Shown here piece by piece: positions 1 to 12,212 of a stretch of 64,000 nucleotides of DNA; position 1 is the first letter of the stretch; the number at the start of each line of letters is the position of its first letter. The notes under the pieces are model-generated. The model saw nothing but the letters and a program-made list of their open reading frames with translations. It was not told where the DNA came from and made no database searches. The DNA is taken from positions 1,578,527 to 1,642,526 of the forward strand of contig NW_024055498.1 of assembly GCF_902713615.1 (NCBI RefSeq), read 5' to 3'. Position numbers and translations under genes: made by a program. The DNA is from Scyliorhinus canicula (taxonomy: Eukaryota).

Positions 1-139
1 ATTCTACTCCCTTTAAAATAAAGATCAGCATTCAATTTGCCTCCATATTACCTGCAGAACTTACTTTTTGTGGTTTCTGCACGAGGGCCCCCAATTCCCC
101 CATTACTTCAGCTTTCTTCAGTCTTTCTCTATATAAATG

Positions 140-460
140 GGGCCTTACGGTAGCATGGTGGTTAGCATCAATGCTTCACAGCTCCAGGGTCCCAGGTTCG
201 ATTCCCGGCTGGGTCACTGTCTGTGTGGAGTCTGCATGTCCGCCCTGTGCGTGGGTTTCCTCCGAGTGCTCCGGTTTCCTCCCACAGTCCAAAGATGTGC
301 GGGTTAGGTGGATTGGCCATGCTAAATTGCCCATAGTGTAAGGTTAATGGGGGGATTGTTGGGTTACGGGTATACGGGTTACGTGGGTTTAAGTAGGGTG
401 ATCATTGCTCGGCACAACATCGAGGGCTGAAGGGCCTGTTCTGTGCTGTACTGTTCTAAG
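140..460 (+). mobile_element. tRNA-derived V-domain SINE with CR1-type 3' tail (HE1-like). Further copies ~4300-4620(+), 38639-38987(-), 40255-40640(+), 49398-49735(+), 54010-54285(-), 56172-56490(+), 62095-62325(+)
   Basis: tRNA-like head with A/B boxes (TAGCATGGTGG...GGTTCGATTCC). Central GGGTTTCCTCCG..GTGCTCCGGTTTCCTCCCACAGTCCAAAGATGTGC. Tail GGCCGAAGGGCCTGTTCTGTGCTGTA resembles the CR1 3' ends in this window. Confidence 0.85.
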
Positions 461-1272
461 TCTAAATCTAAATAATAACTCTTTATGTTCTTCCTTCTAC
501 CAAAGTGTCTAACCTCACATTCTCTGTCCCTCTGTGGATTTCCTGTAATCCTCACCACTTGCCTTTTTACCTATTTTTTGTCATCTGCATGGGAATAGTA
601 CATTCATTTATCAATCACCGTTTTGAAATTCATGTATTGCCCCACCCCCTCCCCCTCCCCCTCCCTCTCTTGCCTTCTCGTCATCACCTCAAATAAGGGC
701 ACTAAATTTGTCAGGCATGATTTATCCTTCCCGAAGCCGTGCTGACTCTGTTTGATTATATTGAGTATTTCTAAATGCTCAGCTATTGGATCTGTTATAA
801 TGGACTCGAACCGTTTTCCACTGACAGATGTTAAGGTCCCTGGCCTATAGTTACCTGTGTTTGACTCCCTCCCCTTTTGAAGGGTGTAGGGTGGATACGT
901 GGGTTTGAGTCAGGTGATTATGGCTCGGCACAACATCGAGGGCCGAAGGGCCTGTTCTGTGCTGTACTGTTCTATGTTCTAAGGTGGGAGGAGCCTGGTG
1001 TGGAGTTTATACACCAGCACAGAACAGTTGGGCCGAATGGACTGTTTCCCTGCTGTTGACTTTCTGAAACTTTCGAATCCAATATCCGTGAATTCTCAGG
1101 GAAAAGGATTGTGTCCACCTCTGCACCGAGCTGGGAACCCGGACTGATCCCAAAGTGGAAAATGGAAACCTTTAAAATCCAACACAAAACACATTTCTCT
1201 CACATCTAACCCGCGGTTCCATTGTCTCCGGAATTCCCCATTTTATTGACATTTATTGTACATTTTCTGCAG

Positions 1273-1664
1273 ATCCCAATCCGCGGGAACCGTCCGTCTC
1301 TGTCCTCCTGCCCTCGGCTGAAGACGTCTCCGCTCAGAGATTCGTCTCCCTCAGCTGCTTAGTGAGAGGTTTCTCCCCCCGAGAGATCTTCGTCAAGTGG
1401 ACCGTCAATGACAAGCCGGTGAATCCCGGGAACTACAAGAACACCGAGGTGATGGCGGAGAACGGCAATAGCTCCTTCTTCATGTACAGCCTGTTATCCA
1501 TTGCAGCGGAGGAGTGGGCCAGCGGCGCTTCTTACTCCTGTGTGGTGGGACATGAAGCCATCCCCTTGAAGATCATCAACAGAACGGTTGATAAATCCAG
1601 CGGTAAACCCAGTTTTGTGAACATTTCCCTCGCTCTGATGGACACCGTTAATTCATGTCAATGA
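1273..1664 (+). CDS. IGHM: IgM heavy chain last constant exon (Cmu4) plus secretory tailpiece
   Basis: After acceptor ttttctgcAG (1271-1272) reads [43 protein letters not shown]...[23 protein letters not shown]: C1-set Ig domain with Cys-Trp-Cys. Tailpiece [20 protein letters not shown] has the NIS glycosylation site and a penultimate Cys. Internal donor G|GTAAA at 1603 serves TM splicing. Confidence 0.95.
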
Positions 1665-1691
1665 GAATCTATTGGTTATATTTCGAACTAA

Positions 1692-1706
1692 AATAAAAAT
1701 AATAAA
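1692..1706 (+). terminator. Secretory-form polyadenylation signals
   Basis: AATAAA at 1692-1697 and 1701-1706, about 30 nt after the secretory stop, followed by a T/G-rich tract. Confidence 0.8.
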
Positions 1707-2304
1707 AACGTTTCCTCTAATTGTGATTTAAACATACAGCCACTTGATTAATGGTGTTTCCACTTTACTGATGTTAGATCTGAAAATGAAATGAAAATCA
1801 CTTATTGTCACAAGTAGGCTTCAGTCAAGTTATTGTGAAAAGCCCCTCAGCGCCACATTCCGGCACCTGTTCGGGGAGGCTGGTACGGGAATTGAACCGT
1901 GCTGCTGGCCTGTCGTGGTCTGCTTTATAATCCAGCGATTTTAAACCAGTCTCTGGTCAATGAGACCCGGATTTCTACAGGTCTCAGCCCCAAGTCTGAT
2001 ACAACCAGAGCTCTCAGCTCAGAAACACCCTGGGTTAGAGACAGAGTAAAACTCATTCATTCCAGGATTCAGCAAAATATCTTCATTGACTTTCCTCCAG
2101 ATGAGGAGAAATCGGACAATTTCCCATTTCAGACAAACAAACCCATCACATTTAGATCTCGGTGTTCCTGCTTCTCTCATTGTCCATCCCTTTAAAATTA
2201 ATGTCAGCTTTAAGTTGCTGCATGAGACCCATTGGGAACTGATTTGAGGGTCACACAGAAACATGGACCAACAATCTCCAGTCAAAGAGAGGGGAAAGTG
2301 AAAT

Positions 2305-3215
2305 TGTTAATCCACTGTACCCCCACCTCCCCAACAGAGAGAGCGGGAGGGGTATTAGTTATTCCACTGTCTCCCCACCCACCCACCCACCTCCCACACA
2401 GAGAGAGGGGGAAGGGCATTAGTTAATCCACTGTACCCCCACTTCCCCAGTAGAGGGAGGGGAGGGGTATTAGTTAATCCACTGTACCCCCACTTCCCCA
2501 ATAGAGAGAGGGTCTTTAGTTAATTCACTGTACCCCCACTTCCCCAACATAGAGAGTGGGAGGAGCTTTAGTTAATCCATTGTACCCCCAATTCGCCAAC
2601 AAAGAGAGGAGAGGGGGGCATTAGTTAATCCACTGTACCCCACCTCACAATCAGAGAGAGTGGGAGGGGCTTTAGTTAATACACTGTACCCCCACTTCAC
2701 CAACAAAGAGAGGGGCATTAGTTAATCCATTGTCTCCCCACGTCCCCAACAAAGAGAGGGGTTGGGGCATTACTTAACACACTGTACCCCCACTTCCCCA
2801 GCAAAGCGAGGGGAGGAGCATTAGTTAACACACTGTGCCCCCACTTCCCCAGCAAAGCGAGGGGAGGAGCATTAGTTAACACATTGTGCCCCCACTTCCC
2901 CAACAAAGAGACGGTGGTGGGCTGAGTTAATCCACTGTACATCCGCTTCCAACAATGGGGGGGGGGGGGGGGGGGTGTACATTAGTTAATCCACTGTACA
3001 TCCGCTTCCAACAATGAGGGGGGGGGTGTACATTAGTTAATCCACTGTACATCCGCTTCCAACAATGAGGGGGGTGTACATTAGTTAATCCACTGGACAC
3101 CCGCTTCCAACAATGAGTGGAAGGACATTATTTAATCCACTGCCTCCCCACTTCCCCAACAAAGAGAGCTAAGGGGCAATACTAACCCGTTTTACCTCCA
3201 CTTTCCCAACCATAA
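2305..3215. repeat. Intronic minisatellite, ~50-60 bp unit, ~17 copies
   Basis: Recurrent core ATTAGTTAATCCACTGTACCCCCACTTCCCCAACAAAGAGAGGG. A variant sub-array at 2930-3120 carries poly-G tracts. Confidence 0.9.
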
Positions 3216-3714
3216 GAGGAGGAAGGTGATGAGTGAACTCTCTGTATCTCCACCTCCAACAGGGAGAACCCAAAGTCAATTTGCTGACCTGACCAGAGAG
3301 AGGGCGATTATTAACTCAATATCTTCCCAGTCCCCAAGCAGGGAGTTTGGAAGTAAACGGTTGTCTGGACTAAGAACTCAGTTACTGACATTACAAGACG
3401 CCATGTAGTTTACAGGCTGATACATGATAAAGATGTTCTTAAAATATCTATTTATGCAACATAATTTTTTTAGCACCCTTGTTCCTCTTATCCGTATGCT
3501 GAGACCGATTCCCCATAATCCAAATCCAGACTGGTGATTGAATTCTCTCTGGGTTTTCACTGTTCTCTCCCGAGGAGCCTCCTTGTTTTTTTGCATTAGG
3601 TCACCTGATGTCAACTTGCAACTCACGGAAAACATATTTATATGCAGAAAGTTCAACATATTCTACATCGGTATCAATAATACCCACAACTGGCAAAGCT
3701 ACAGGCAGCTGATA

Positions 3715-5035
3715 CAAATACACAGACAGATAAACAGACACAGACACTACACTCACATGCACACAGACCCACAAACACACACACGCTCACAAGTAGACAC
3801 AAACACACACATGGACACACACATAGAAACACATGCACAAACATACACCCAGGCACAACGGACCACACATATTTTGACACAAAAACACACGCAAATGTGC
3901 ACAAAAATTCACAAGCATGCACATAAACACAAAAAGCACATGTTTAGAAACACACAGACTCACGTGCACATCCACAAATACAAACACAATTCCACACACA
4001 CAAGTGGGTACACGCATGTACACAGACATATACAACCACATGTCCACACAGATACACAGACATATACAACCAGACAAGCAGGCTGACAGAAGAATATGAA
4101 ACAGAAATGTAACCAATAACATATAAATTAGCAGAATTTCACGATGACAGAAATATTTCCATTCAAACAGAGACAATAATCCACACTAACGGACACACGT
4201 AGATACATATTAGCTGACTCGTACACACGCTAACACCAACACATATGAATACACATAGAGTCATCAACACACATCAATAGATAGTTATAATCAAACATCA
4301 ACGCATAAATAGCACCACTGCCTCACAGCGCCATAATCCCGGGTTCAATTCCAGCCTTGGGTGATTGTCTATGTGGAGTTCCCACGTTCTCCAGTGTCTG
4401 TTCCCGTTTCCTCCGTGTGCTCCAGTTTCCTCCCACAGTCCAAAGATGTGCAGGTTAGGTGGATTGGCCAGGCTATATTACCCCTTAGTGCCCACAACGT
4501 TAGTTGGGATTACGGGGTTCTCGGCAAAGGGCAGGGGCATGCGTCCAGGCAGAGTGCTCTTTCGGAGGGTCGGTGCAGACACAATGGGCCGAATGGCCTC
4601 GTTCGGCACAGTAGGGATTATATTTAATGATGATTCTATGAAGAAATACACGCATCAACAAACACACACACACAAACGCACTTATCCAGACACAAACATT
4701 AAGACAATGACAAGCATGTTGAACGTACAAAGACACATTGACACTTTCATTACTGGACAGGGAAGTATAAACTCATATTGACACAGGCATTAATATATAA
4801 ACATAGACTTCAACACACAAACACACACAATAAAACACTCATATATACACATTAACAGAAGATAAACAAAGTTCACACAGGCGCTGACACACAAATACAC
4901 AGATCAATACTCCTTGACACATGAACACCGACAATGACACTTATAAAAACATCGGGACACACAAATGAAGAGTAAAGAAATACGAATTTCGCATCCACAC
5001 AGACACAAAAGCTAAAGAACAAACACAAACGTCAG
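3715..5035. repeat. Degenerate (CA)n-rich low-complexity tract interrupted by a SINE
   Basis: Long imperfect ACAC/ACAT runs; explains the spurious His/Thr- and Val/Cys-rich ORFs. Confidence 0.85.
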
Positions 5036-5389
5036 GCAAGGGCGGCACGGTGGCATAGTGGTTAGCACTGCTGCTTCACGCCACCATGGACCTGAGGTTG
5101 ATCCCGCTTCTCGGTCTGTGTCCCAGTGGAGTTTCCCCATGACCCGTGGGTCTCACCCCAACAACCCAATGATGTGCAGGGTTGGTGGATTGGCCATGTT
5201 AAATTGCCCCTTAATTGGAAGAAAAAAGTTACAGAGATCGATTTCCGAGTGTCATGAACTCAACAGTAGATATGCAATGACAAATATATTAAAGAATGAA
5301 TTAGCAGCGGGAGAAAATGAAACGAGAATATTAAAAAACATATCCTGGATTAATAAACAAACTAATTATATTTGGCTCGATCCTTGTAG

Positions 5390-5517
5390 ATACCACAGAC
5401 AACACCTGGACTGAAGAAAATGAGGATGATAACGGGAACATCTGGACAACCGCTTCCACATTCATCACCCTGTTCTTCCTGAGCATTTCCTACAGCGCTG
5501 CTGTCACTCTGGTGAAG
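5390..5517 (+). CDS. IGHM: IgM transmembrane exon TM1
   Basis: Acceptor ccttgtAG 5388-5389; phase matches the 1602 donor. Reads DTTDNTWTEENEDDNGNIWTTASTFITLFFLSISYSAAVTLVK: acidic spacer plus CART-type TM helix. Donor GTGAGA at 5518. Confidence 0.93.
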
Positions 5518-5656
5518 GTGAGAAGATTCAATCCACTCACACTTCAAACTGACAGAGGCCGTTTAAAACATCTCTAAATGTTTGATTGATTAAAAACTCT
5601 AACATCAATGTCCCAGATCATAAACATCGGCTTCATCATTTCTCTCTCTTTTACAG

Positions 5657-5665
5657 ATCAAGTGA
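5657..5665 (+). CDS. IGHM: IgM transmembrane exon TM2 (IK-stop)
   Basis: Polypyrimidine tract plus ttacAG (5655-5656), then ATC AAG TGA; gives cytoplasmic tail KIK. Confidence 0.85.
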   Translation: MK

Positions 5666-6074
5666 TGGGTTGACGTTCGGATGCTGTAGATTTTCCTCAG
5701 CTGTTTATTATGATCTGTGTGTGACAGAAATACAATATCTCCTCTTGGTGACTCTAACAGTAAAATTCTCTCAGTTTATTATTCTGCATCTGTAACTGAG
5801 ACAATCATGGACAGTATTTCTGCTTTTCAGTTTGAAATGTACGAGATAATTTTGGCTGTAATGTAATTGTAGTTAATAATTTCTCTCAATGTCATGTCTA
5901 AATAAGTAACTTACCTCGTACCTTATTAACAACAGTTGCCCTTTATGTTGAGCTCCTGTTTTCTCTCTCTCTCTTGTGTCTGTTACAGTTGTACATACAT
6001 TTGGCAGCTCAGAGGGCATGTGTTCTGTTCTCAGTGTGACCCTCAATCGTTATGTTCCCTTTTGTAAACATCAA

Positions 6075-6115
6075 AATAAACTTTTGTGCTATATTTTCTC
6101 TGAAATTTTAATAAA
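6075..6115 (+). terminator. Membrane-form polyadenylation signals
   Basis: AATAAA at 6075-6080 and 6110-6115 downstream of TM2. Confidence 0.6.
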
Positions 6116-6499
6116 TATTGAATGAAAAATGAAGAAAACAAGTCTAATCTGAACTCCTTTCTCTAAGGTCCATCGGCACCGCTCCATTTCCCCGATTACA
6201 CAGTTGTCTCCCGTTTCCCAGACAGATATTTCTCACCAGTCCTGTCTGGGATGTGTCTGAACTCAAGGCCCCTCAGTGAAAGAGCCGCTGCGCCACCAAG
6301 CGGCCCATCCGGGTTAAGTCACCTTCACCTTTGTCTTTTTTTGGTCAACTCCAGAGACAGAATGATTTCACAGCTGAAGAATTCCACAGATTCACTCCCC
6401 TCTGATGGAAGAAATGTCTCCTCACCTCTGTCCTAAATTTGAGACCTCTTACTCTGAGATTATGCCCTCTGGTCCCAGACTCTCCCACAAGAGGAAACA

Positions 6500-6660
6500 A
6501 GATAATTTTTCAGGCAGTGTAACTGGTTAAAGCTCTTTCCACAGTCAGTTCACTGGAACACTCCCACTCAGATGTGTGTGGGTCTCGGGGCTTTTCCAGT
6601 CACACTGATGTCTGAAATCTCTTCCCACAGTCAGAACAGACAAACACATTGACAGTTTGT
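6500..6660 (-). pseudogene. Solitary fossil zinc-finger leader (no finger array attached)
   Basis: Reverse complement reads VFVCSDCGKRFQTSV*LEKPRDP...VFQ*TDCGKSFNQL, near-identical to 11970-12120 and 48610-48770. Confidence 0.8.
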
Positions 6661-7821
6661 GATATGTAGGTCCTAATGAATTGAGTCAGATCTTGATGTT
6701 ATATTTGGTTCGAGTTGCCCAGCTGCCAAACCTCCCGTTCTAATGCCTGAAAAAGAAGTTTTGAAGCAGAATATTGTTCCCAGTGTCTCTGAAACACTCT
6801 GTCCGCTGAACAATCCACTGGTTGTGGAAGGTGTCACGCATTCCGGTGGATACCACATGCTCCCTCTGCAAGACCACTGGGAATAGACAAGACCACAGAA
6901 CAGAAGTCGGCAGCCAGAGTAACCGCCCACCTCCTCCATAATAATAATAATAATCTTTATTGTCACAAGTAGGCTTACATTAACAATGCAATGAAGTTAC
7001 TGTGAAAAGCCCCTCGTCACCACACTCCGGCGCATGGTTGGGTCACAGAGGGAGCATTCAGAATGTTCAATTCACAGCACGTCTTTCGGGACTTGTGGGA
7101 GCAAACCGGAGCACCCGGAGGAAACCCACGGGGAGAACGTGCAGACTCCACACAGACAGTGACCCAAGCTGGGCATCGAATCTGGGACCCTGAAACTGTG
7201 AAGCAACAGTGCTACCCTACCCCACCCAGCTACAATGCACTGTTTTAACCAGACTCAAAGTAGATTCACGCTCAGCACAAGAATATTAGATAATATAGAC
7301 TGTCAGATCCACAAACTCTGCCAAAGTGGCTGCAACTTGACAGGTTACTGTGGACATTAAACTGTGGGCAATATTCGATGCTGTGACCAATATTTAGTTA
7401 AATACGGACCTGAATAATGAAACTTTGCAGCCACCTGTGAAGTTTAAATGTGTCGTTGTGTCAGGATGAACCAGCATTTGAGGAATGTGAAATCTCGGGA
7501 TTGTTGGTCTCCAAGTGCCGTATTGAACACAGGAGAATGACCTTGAATTGGGACAGGGATAAGCGTGAGTGAGCATCGTAAACTGCTATTGTATCGGGGT
7601 GTTCTGGGCCCCAAAGTTTTAACCCTGCAGTTAATTGGCAGGGATGCAGTATAATAAACCCTGGACAAAACAAATGTGTGTGTGTGAGAAGCATCTGAAG
7701 CACCAGGAACCAGCTGAACCAGCAGAGCTGAATGTCTCCCAGTGCAGCCACAGGACTGAACTTATTCCAGCTTCCAAGCCCACCTCAGACCCAACCTCCT
7801 GGCTATTCATCTACAAGAACG

Positions 7822-8245
7822 TTTGAGGACTTTGGGTCTGTACTCGTTGGGGTTTAGAAGGATGAGAGGGGATCTTATTGAAACTTACAAGATACTGCGA
7901 GGTCTGGATAGAGTGGACATGAAGAGGATGTTTCCACTTGCAGCAAAAAATAGAACCAGAGGACACCATCTCAGACTACAGGGACGATCCTTTAAAACAG
8001 ATGAGGAGGAATTTCTTCAGCCAGAGGGTGGTGAATCTGTGGAACACTTTGCCGCAGAAGGCTGTGGCGTCCAATTCACTGAGTGTCTTTAAGACAGAGA
8101 TAGATAGGTTCTTTATTAATAAGGGAATCACGGGTTATGGGGAGAAGGCAGGGGAATGGGGATGAAACAATATAAACCATGATTGAATGGAGGAGCTGAG
8201 TCGATGGGCCAAATTGCCTAATTCTGCTCCTATGTCTTATGGTCT
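7822..8245 (+). mobile_element. CR1 LINE 3' fragment. Similar decayed CR1 pieces ~6330-6500(-), 9650-10040(+), 11340-11615(+), 13770-14225(+), 14225-15130(-), 19890-20025(-), 54700-55085(+), 59500-59880(-), 60215-60860(+)
   Basis: LRTLGLYSLGFRRMRGDLIETYKILRGLDRVD...RRNFFSQRVVNLWN matches the C-terminus of the 57232-59034 CR1 RT, followed by the CR1 3' UTR. Confidence 0.85.
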
Positions 8246-8799
8246 GATAAGAAGCTTCAGAGACTCATGAGAATTATTTGCTTTTAAAAACGCTTCACTC
8301 CAACGAAAGGATCAGCTCAATAAGAAGACATCAGACCTGCAGCGATATAAAGATTGCAGTCTGCATTCCATTTTCATCATCACAGCTTCAACTTGATCTG
8401 TACCTAATTTCTGTGTCTGTGTCAGTGAGTGAAAGGGCCGAGAGACTTAGATGCTCCAACATCCAGGGAATGGTTGTGAAAATAAATAACCTTTATTCCT
8501 TTAAAAATCACCAGTAAGCCTGCTGCTGAACTGTATTTTAAATAAAGAAATATCACATTGAGGGTCAGAAAATATCACACAAACATCCTGATAATGGACG
8601 GGAAAGGACCACGAAATGTAATCAACCGTTGTATAACCCCCTTCAGGTAGCTATATAGAGGCTGCAGCCTCTCACACTGAATGTCTACGTGATCCATAGA
8701 CACCTCCAGGCTACAAACATCAGCTGCAGCCTGGGAGTGGGTGAAAGATCTGTTGTCTGTAATTTGCCCAGGGCACTAGGACCCGGCTGGGAACAGAAA

Positions 8800-8885
8800 C
8801 CTTCAGGTCCCGCCCACCAGCTGTCGCATCACCAAGACGCCAGCGCATGCGCTCTTCTTCCCCGGTGAACCAAGATGGCAGCTGT
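8800..8885 (+). promoter_or_regulatory. Putative TATA-less promoter for ZF locus 1
   Basis: GC box CCCGCCC (~8810), NRF1 palindrome GCGCATGCGC 8843-8852, YY1-like AAGATGGC 8872-8879, local CpG enrichment. Assignment to ZF1 is inference. Confidence 0.55.
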
Positions 8886-10078
8886 GAAGCAGGGCCTGGT
8901 CCCGGGACAGAGAGCTGACCGGCGGTGATGTGACCTGAGGATCACCACACCTCAGGCAAGGGGCCAGGTTGGGAAGGCGGTGCCTTCAGGAATAACTGGG
9001 AAGGTGATGTTTGGTCAGTTGCTGCAGTCTGTGTAGTGAAAGGTGCTGTCACAGTGGTGTGAGGTAAGGAAGTACAGGATTATCACCCAGCAATGATGAA
9101 TTAAGGGGAATGTAAATCCAGCTCAGGCTGCTTTCAGATTGGAAAGGGAGCTAAGGTGTGTCCTTAGAGCTGGTGAATGTTTTGGCTTTGTCAGTTTCTC
9201 TGTAAAGTCCTTCTCATTCATTCCCTCTCTTTACAGCACAGAGAGAGGCCCTTTGGCCCATTCATAATAATCTTTAATATTAGTGTCACAAGTAGGCTTA
9301 AATTAACACTGCAATGAAGTTGCTGTGAAAATCCCCCACTCGCCTGTTCAGGTACGCAGAGGAAGAATTCAATATGTCCAATTCATCTAACAAGCTCAAC
9401 TTTCCGGACTTGTTGGAGGAAATCGGAGCACCTGGAGGAAACCCATGCAGACACGGGGAGAACGTGCAGACTCCGAAGCCAGGAATCGAACCCAAGTCCC
9501 TGATGCTGTGAAGCACCAGTGCTAACCACTATGCTACCGTGCCGCCCAGAAGATTATTAGATTACTAATTCTGGATGAATTGTGTCCCAGGATGCTGTGG
9601 GAGGTGAGGGAGAGATTGCAGTGGCTCTTACCCAAAGTTTTAACCATAAATTCGGCCTGTGATCCGTAGAATTTAGAAGGTTAAGGTGTGATCTGATTGA
9701 AGTATTTAAGATATTAACAGGGAAAGACAGGGTAGATAAAGATAAACTATTTCCACTGGTTGGAGATTCCAAAAGTAGGGATCATTGTCTAAAAATTAGG
9801 GCTTGACCATTCAGGAGAGATGTTCGGAAGAACTTCTTCACACACAGGGTGGGAGAGGTTTGAAACTCTTTCCCACAAACAGCAGGTGAAGTTGCATCAG
9901 TTGTTAAGTTTAAATCTGAGGTAGAGTTTTGTTAAGCAAAGATATTAATGGATATGGAGTTAGATCACAGATCAGCCATGATCTCACTAAATGGCAGGAC
10001 AGACTCGAGGGGCTGAATGGCCTACTCCTGTCCCAATGTGTATTTCTGTAATTCTGAAATACAGACAATAATATGATA

Positions 10079-10305
10079 GGGGCAGCACGGTGGCGCAGTG
10101 AGGTTAGCCTTGCAGCCTCACGGCGCCGAGGACCCAGGTTCGATCCCGGCTCAGGGTCACTGTCCGTGTGGAGTTTGCACATTCTCCCCATGTCTGCGTG
10201 GGTTTCGGCCCCACAACCCAAAAATGTGCAGGCTAGGTGGATTGGCCACACTAAGTTGCCCCTTAATTGGAAAAAAAATGAATTGGGTACACTAAATTTA
10301 AAAAA
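10079..10305 (+). mobile_element. Short A-tailed SINE variant (same head/core, ends AATTGCCCCTTAATTGG...CTAAATTT(A)n). Further copies ~5040-5228(+), 22062-22268(+), 30885-31108(-), 59965-60175(-), 61000-61210(-)
   Basis: Direct comparison of copies within the window. Confidence 0.8.
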
Positions 10306-10389
10306 AAGAGTATACCATGACAGGGAAAGAGTTCGGATTAGAACCTGAGTTAGTCCGAGCTGCAAACCATCCCTCCAGATCCTGGCCCT

Positions 10390-11000
10390 TCATAGATTTA
10401 ACGAAGGCCAAGGCGATAGTTGGATTATTGAAAGACTTGATGGAGTTGTTGGATACCATTTTTTGGGTCTCAGGATAAAGCCTGACGTAATTCACTCCCC
10501 ACAGCCTTGAGCTGCCTTTGAACTTCATCGAAGCCTCGACGCTTCGTTTGTGTTGCTGCCGAAAGTCCTGAATCGTCCCTCTCTCCTGGAGCCAGACGCC
10601 ACCTCACCGTTCCCTCTCCAGGACATTCTGGCGATCTTTCCAGTTGTGGAAGTGAATGATTACAGGCCTGGGATGAAAACTATCCCTCAGCCTCAGAGAC
10701 GGGATACGATACATCCTTTCTAATTTGAAACACCCAGGCTTCACATCCAGCTTGAGAAAACGTGGCTTCCGGTCCTCGAAGAACTAACGGGAGCCTAACC
10801 ATCCACACCTTCTGACAGGCCATCAACTCGGATGTTCTTTCTCCGACGCTCGGTTCTCCAAATCCTCCAGGACCTCCGCCAGCCACTCGGCTGGATCTCA
10901 AAGGATTGAATTCTTGCCTCCGTGAAGGAGGCATCTTGCTGAATGTTCAGGTTCTCTCCTCCGGATCATCGAGCCTCTTCCTGGTGTTTTGCAGCTGGGC
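10390..11000 (-). mobile_element. Decayed L1-clade ORF1 remnant
   Basis: Reverse strand reads LEDLENR/RRKNIRVDGLSEG (frameshifted L1 ORF1 coiled-coil/RRM junction) and LYPETQKM...FNNPTIALAFV (CTD-like). Confidence 0.6.
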
Positions 11001-12212
11001 CTCATGAGCTCACAGATATTGAGTCAGCACACTCCGCCTCTGGTCAGTAACACGGATAATGTCGGCAGTCATCATTTTCGCCACCTCTTGAGAGAGCCCC
11101 AGAGAGTGCGGGATTGTGAGACCTCCTGAGGGTCAGGCCGCATTGTTGAAAAGGCGGCTTCATTCCCGCTGAATCCACCTGCCCTGTTTTATCAGCGCAT
11201 TTCTTCACTTTTTACAGCATAATCCTTCCAGACCGAACCCTGAAGTCTTCCAGGGACATGATAACAAATATTAATTCAAGGAGTAGGTAGATGAGTGCCA
11301 GGCAATCAGGATAAGTGACAGATCATAGGTCAGTGGCACTAGAACCTGCGGAAAATAAGCTAATCCCATTCCGGTGGGAGGGATTTCTTCACTCGAGGAT
11401 GTGGTGAAGCTTTGGAATTCTCTACCTCCGAGGATTGTGCAGCTTCAGTCGTCAAGTATGTTCAAGACACAGATTGACAAGTTTCTGGATATTGAAGATG
11501 TCGAGGGATATGGGGATAAAGTGGGAAAACGGTGCTGAGCTAGATCGGCTTAGGATCCCATTGAATGGTTCAGCTTCAATGGGCTGAATGGCCGACTGCA
11601 ACTCCTATTTGTTATGATCTCCTGGACAGGAAGCTGTGAGCTTGGATCTGTCAATCAACATGAATCAGCACCTTCAGGAGAATTGGGAGGGTGAATATTA
11701 GATACAGCAGAGTGAGAATGGAGGGAGATTGTGTGGGATGGAGATTTACAGCTTTCGGGGAATAAGATAGAGGAAACAATGTGACATAGAAACTAGCATT
11801 GTCTGTTCTGAGTTTCAATCCTGTACTGACAGTGACGAATTTTGTAAATTGTTTCTTCCAGGATATTAGACAAGGAGGAATTACAGACAGAAATCTCAAA
11901 TGTTACGTCCCGAACTGACAGCCACTCCCTTCCTTGGAACCTGAATACCATCGGGCTTTCAATCTAGAAGGAGAAATGTTTACCCGAACTGTTAGCTAAA
12001 GATTTCAACCATTAGTGTGACTGGAAAAGCACCGAGACCCACACAACACACACCCGAGTGAGAGAGTTCCAGTGAACTGACTGTGGAAAGAGCTTTAACC
12101 AGTTACACAGCCTGAAAAACACAACCTTCAGAGTGAGGAGATACCGTACCCGTGTTGTGGATGAGGCTTCAACTGATTGTCCAACCTGCAGAGACGTGAG
12201 GAGACCCAAAAC

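Noticed and set aside
140-215. tRNA-like sequences at SINE heads
   Set aside because: They have A/B boxes but run into SINE bodies; no complete cloverleaf with acceptor stem was found, so they are not called tRNA genes.
2305-3215. Regularly spaced repeats resembling a CRISPR array (also 53300-53552)
   Set aside because: Vertebrate DNA; the inter-repeat sequences are variants of each other rather than unique spacers, and there are no cas genes.
3538-4176. 182-aa and 129-aa His/Thr- or Val/Cys-rich ORFs (also 56486-56822)
   Set aside because: Products of CA/TG low-complexity sequence.
12018-12023. Selenocysteine decoding of the conserved TGA codons
   Set aside because: Additional stops and frameshifts follow in the same leaders and I saw no SECIS; CpG decay explains two of them more simply.
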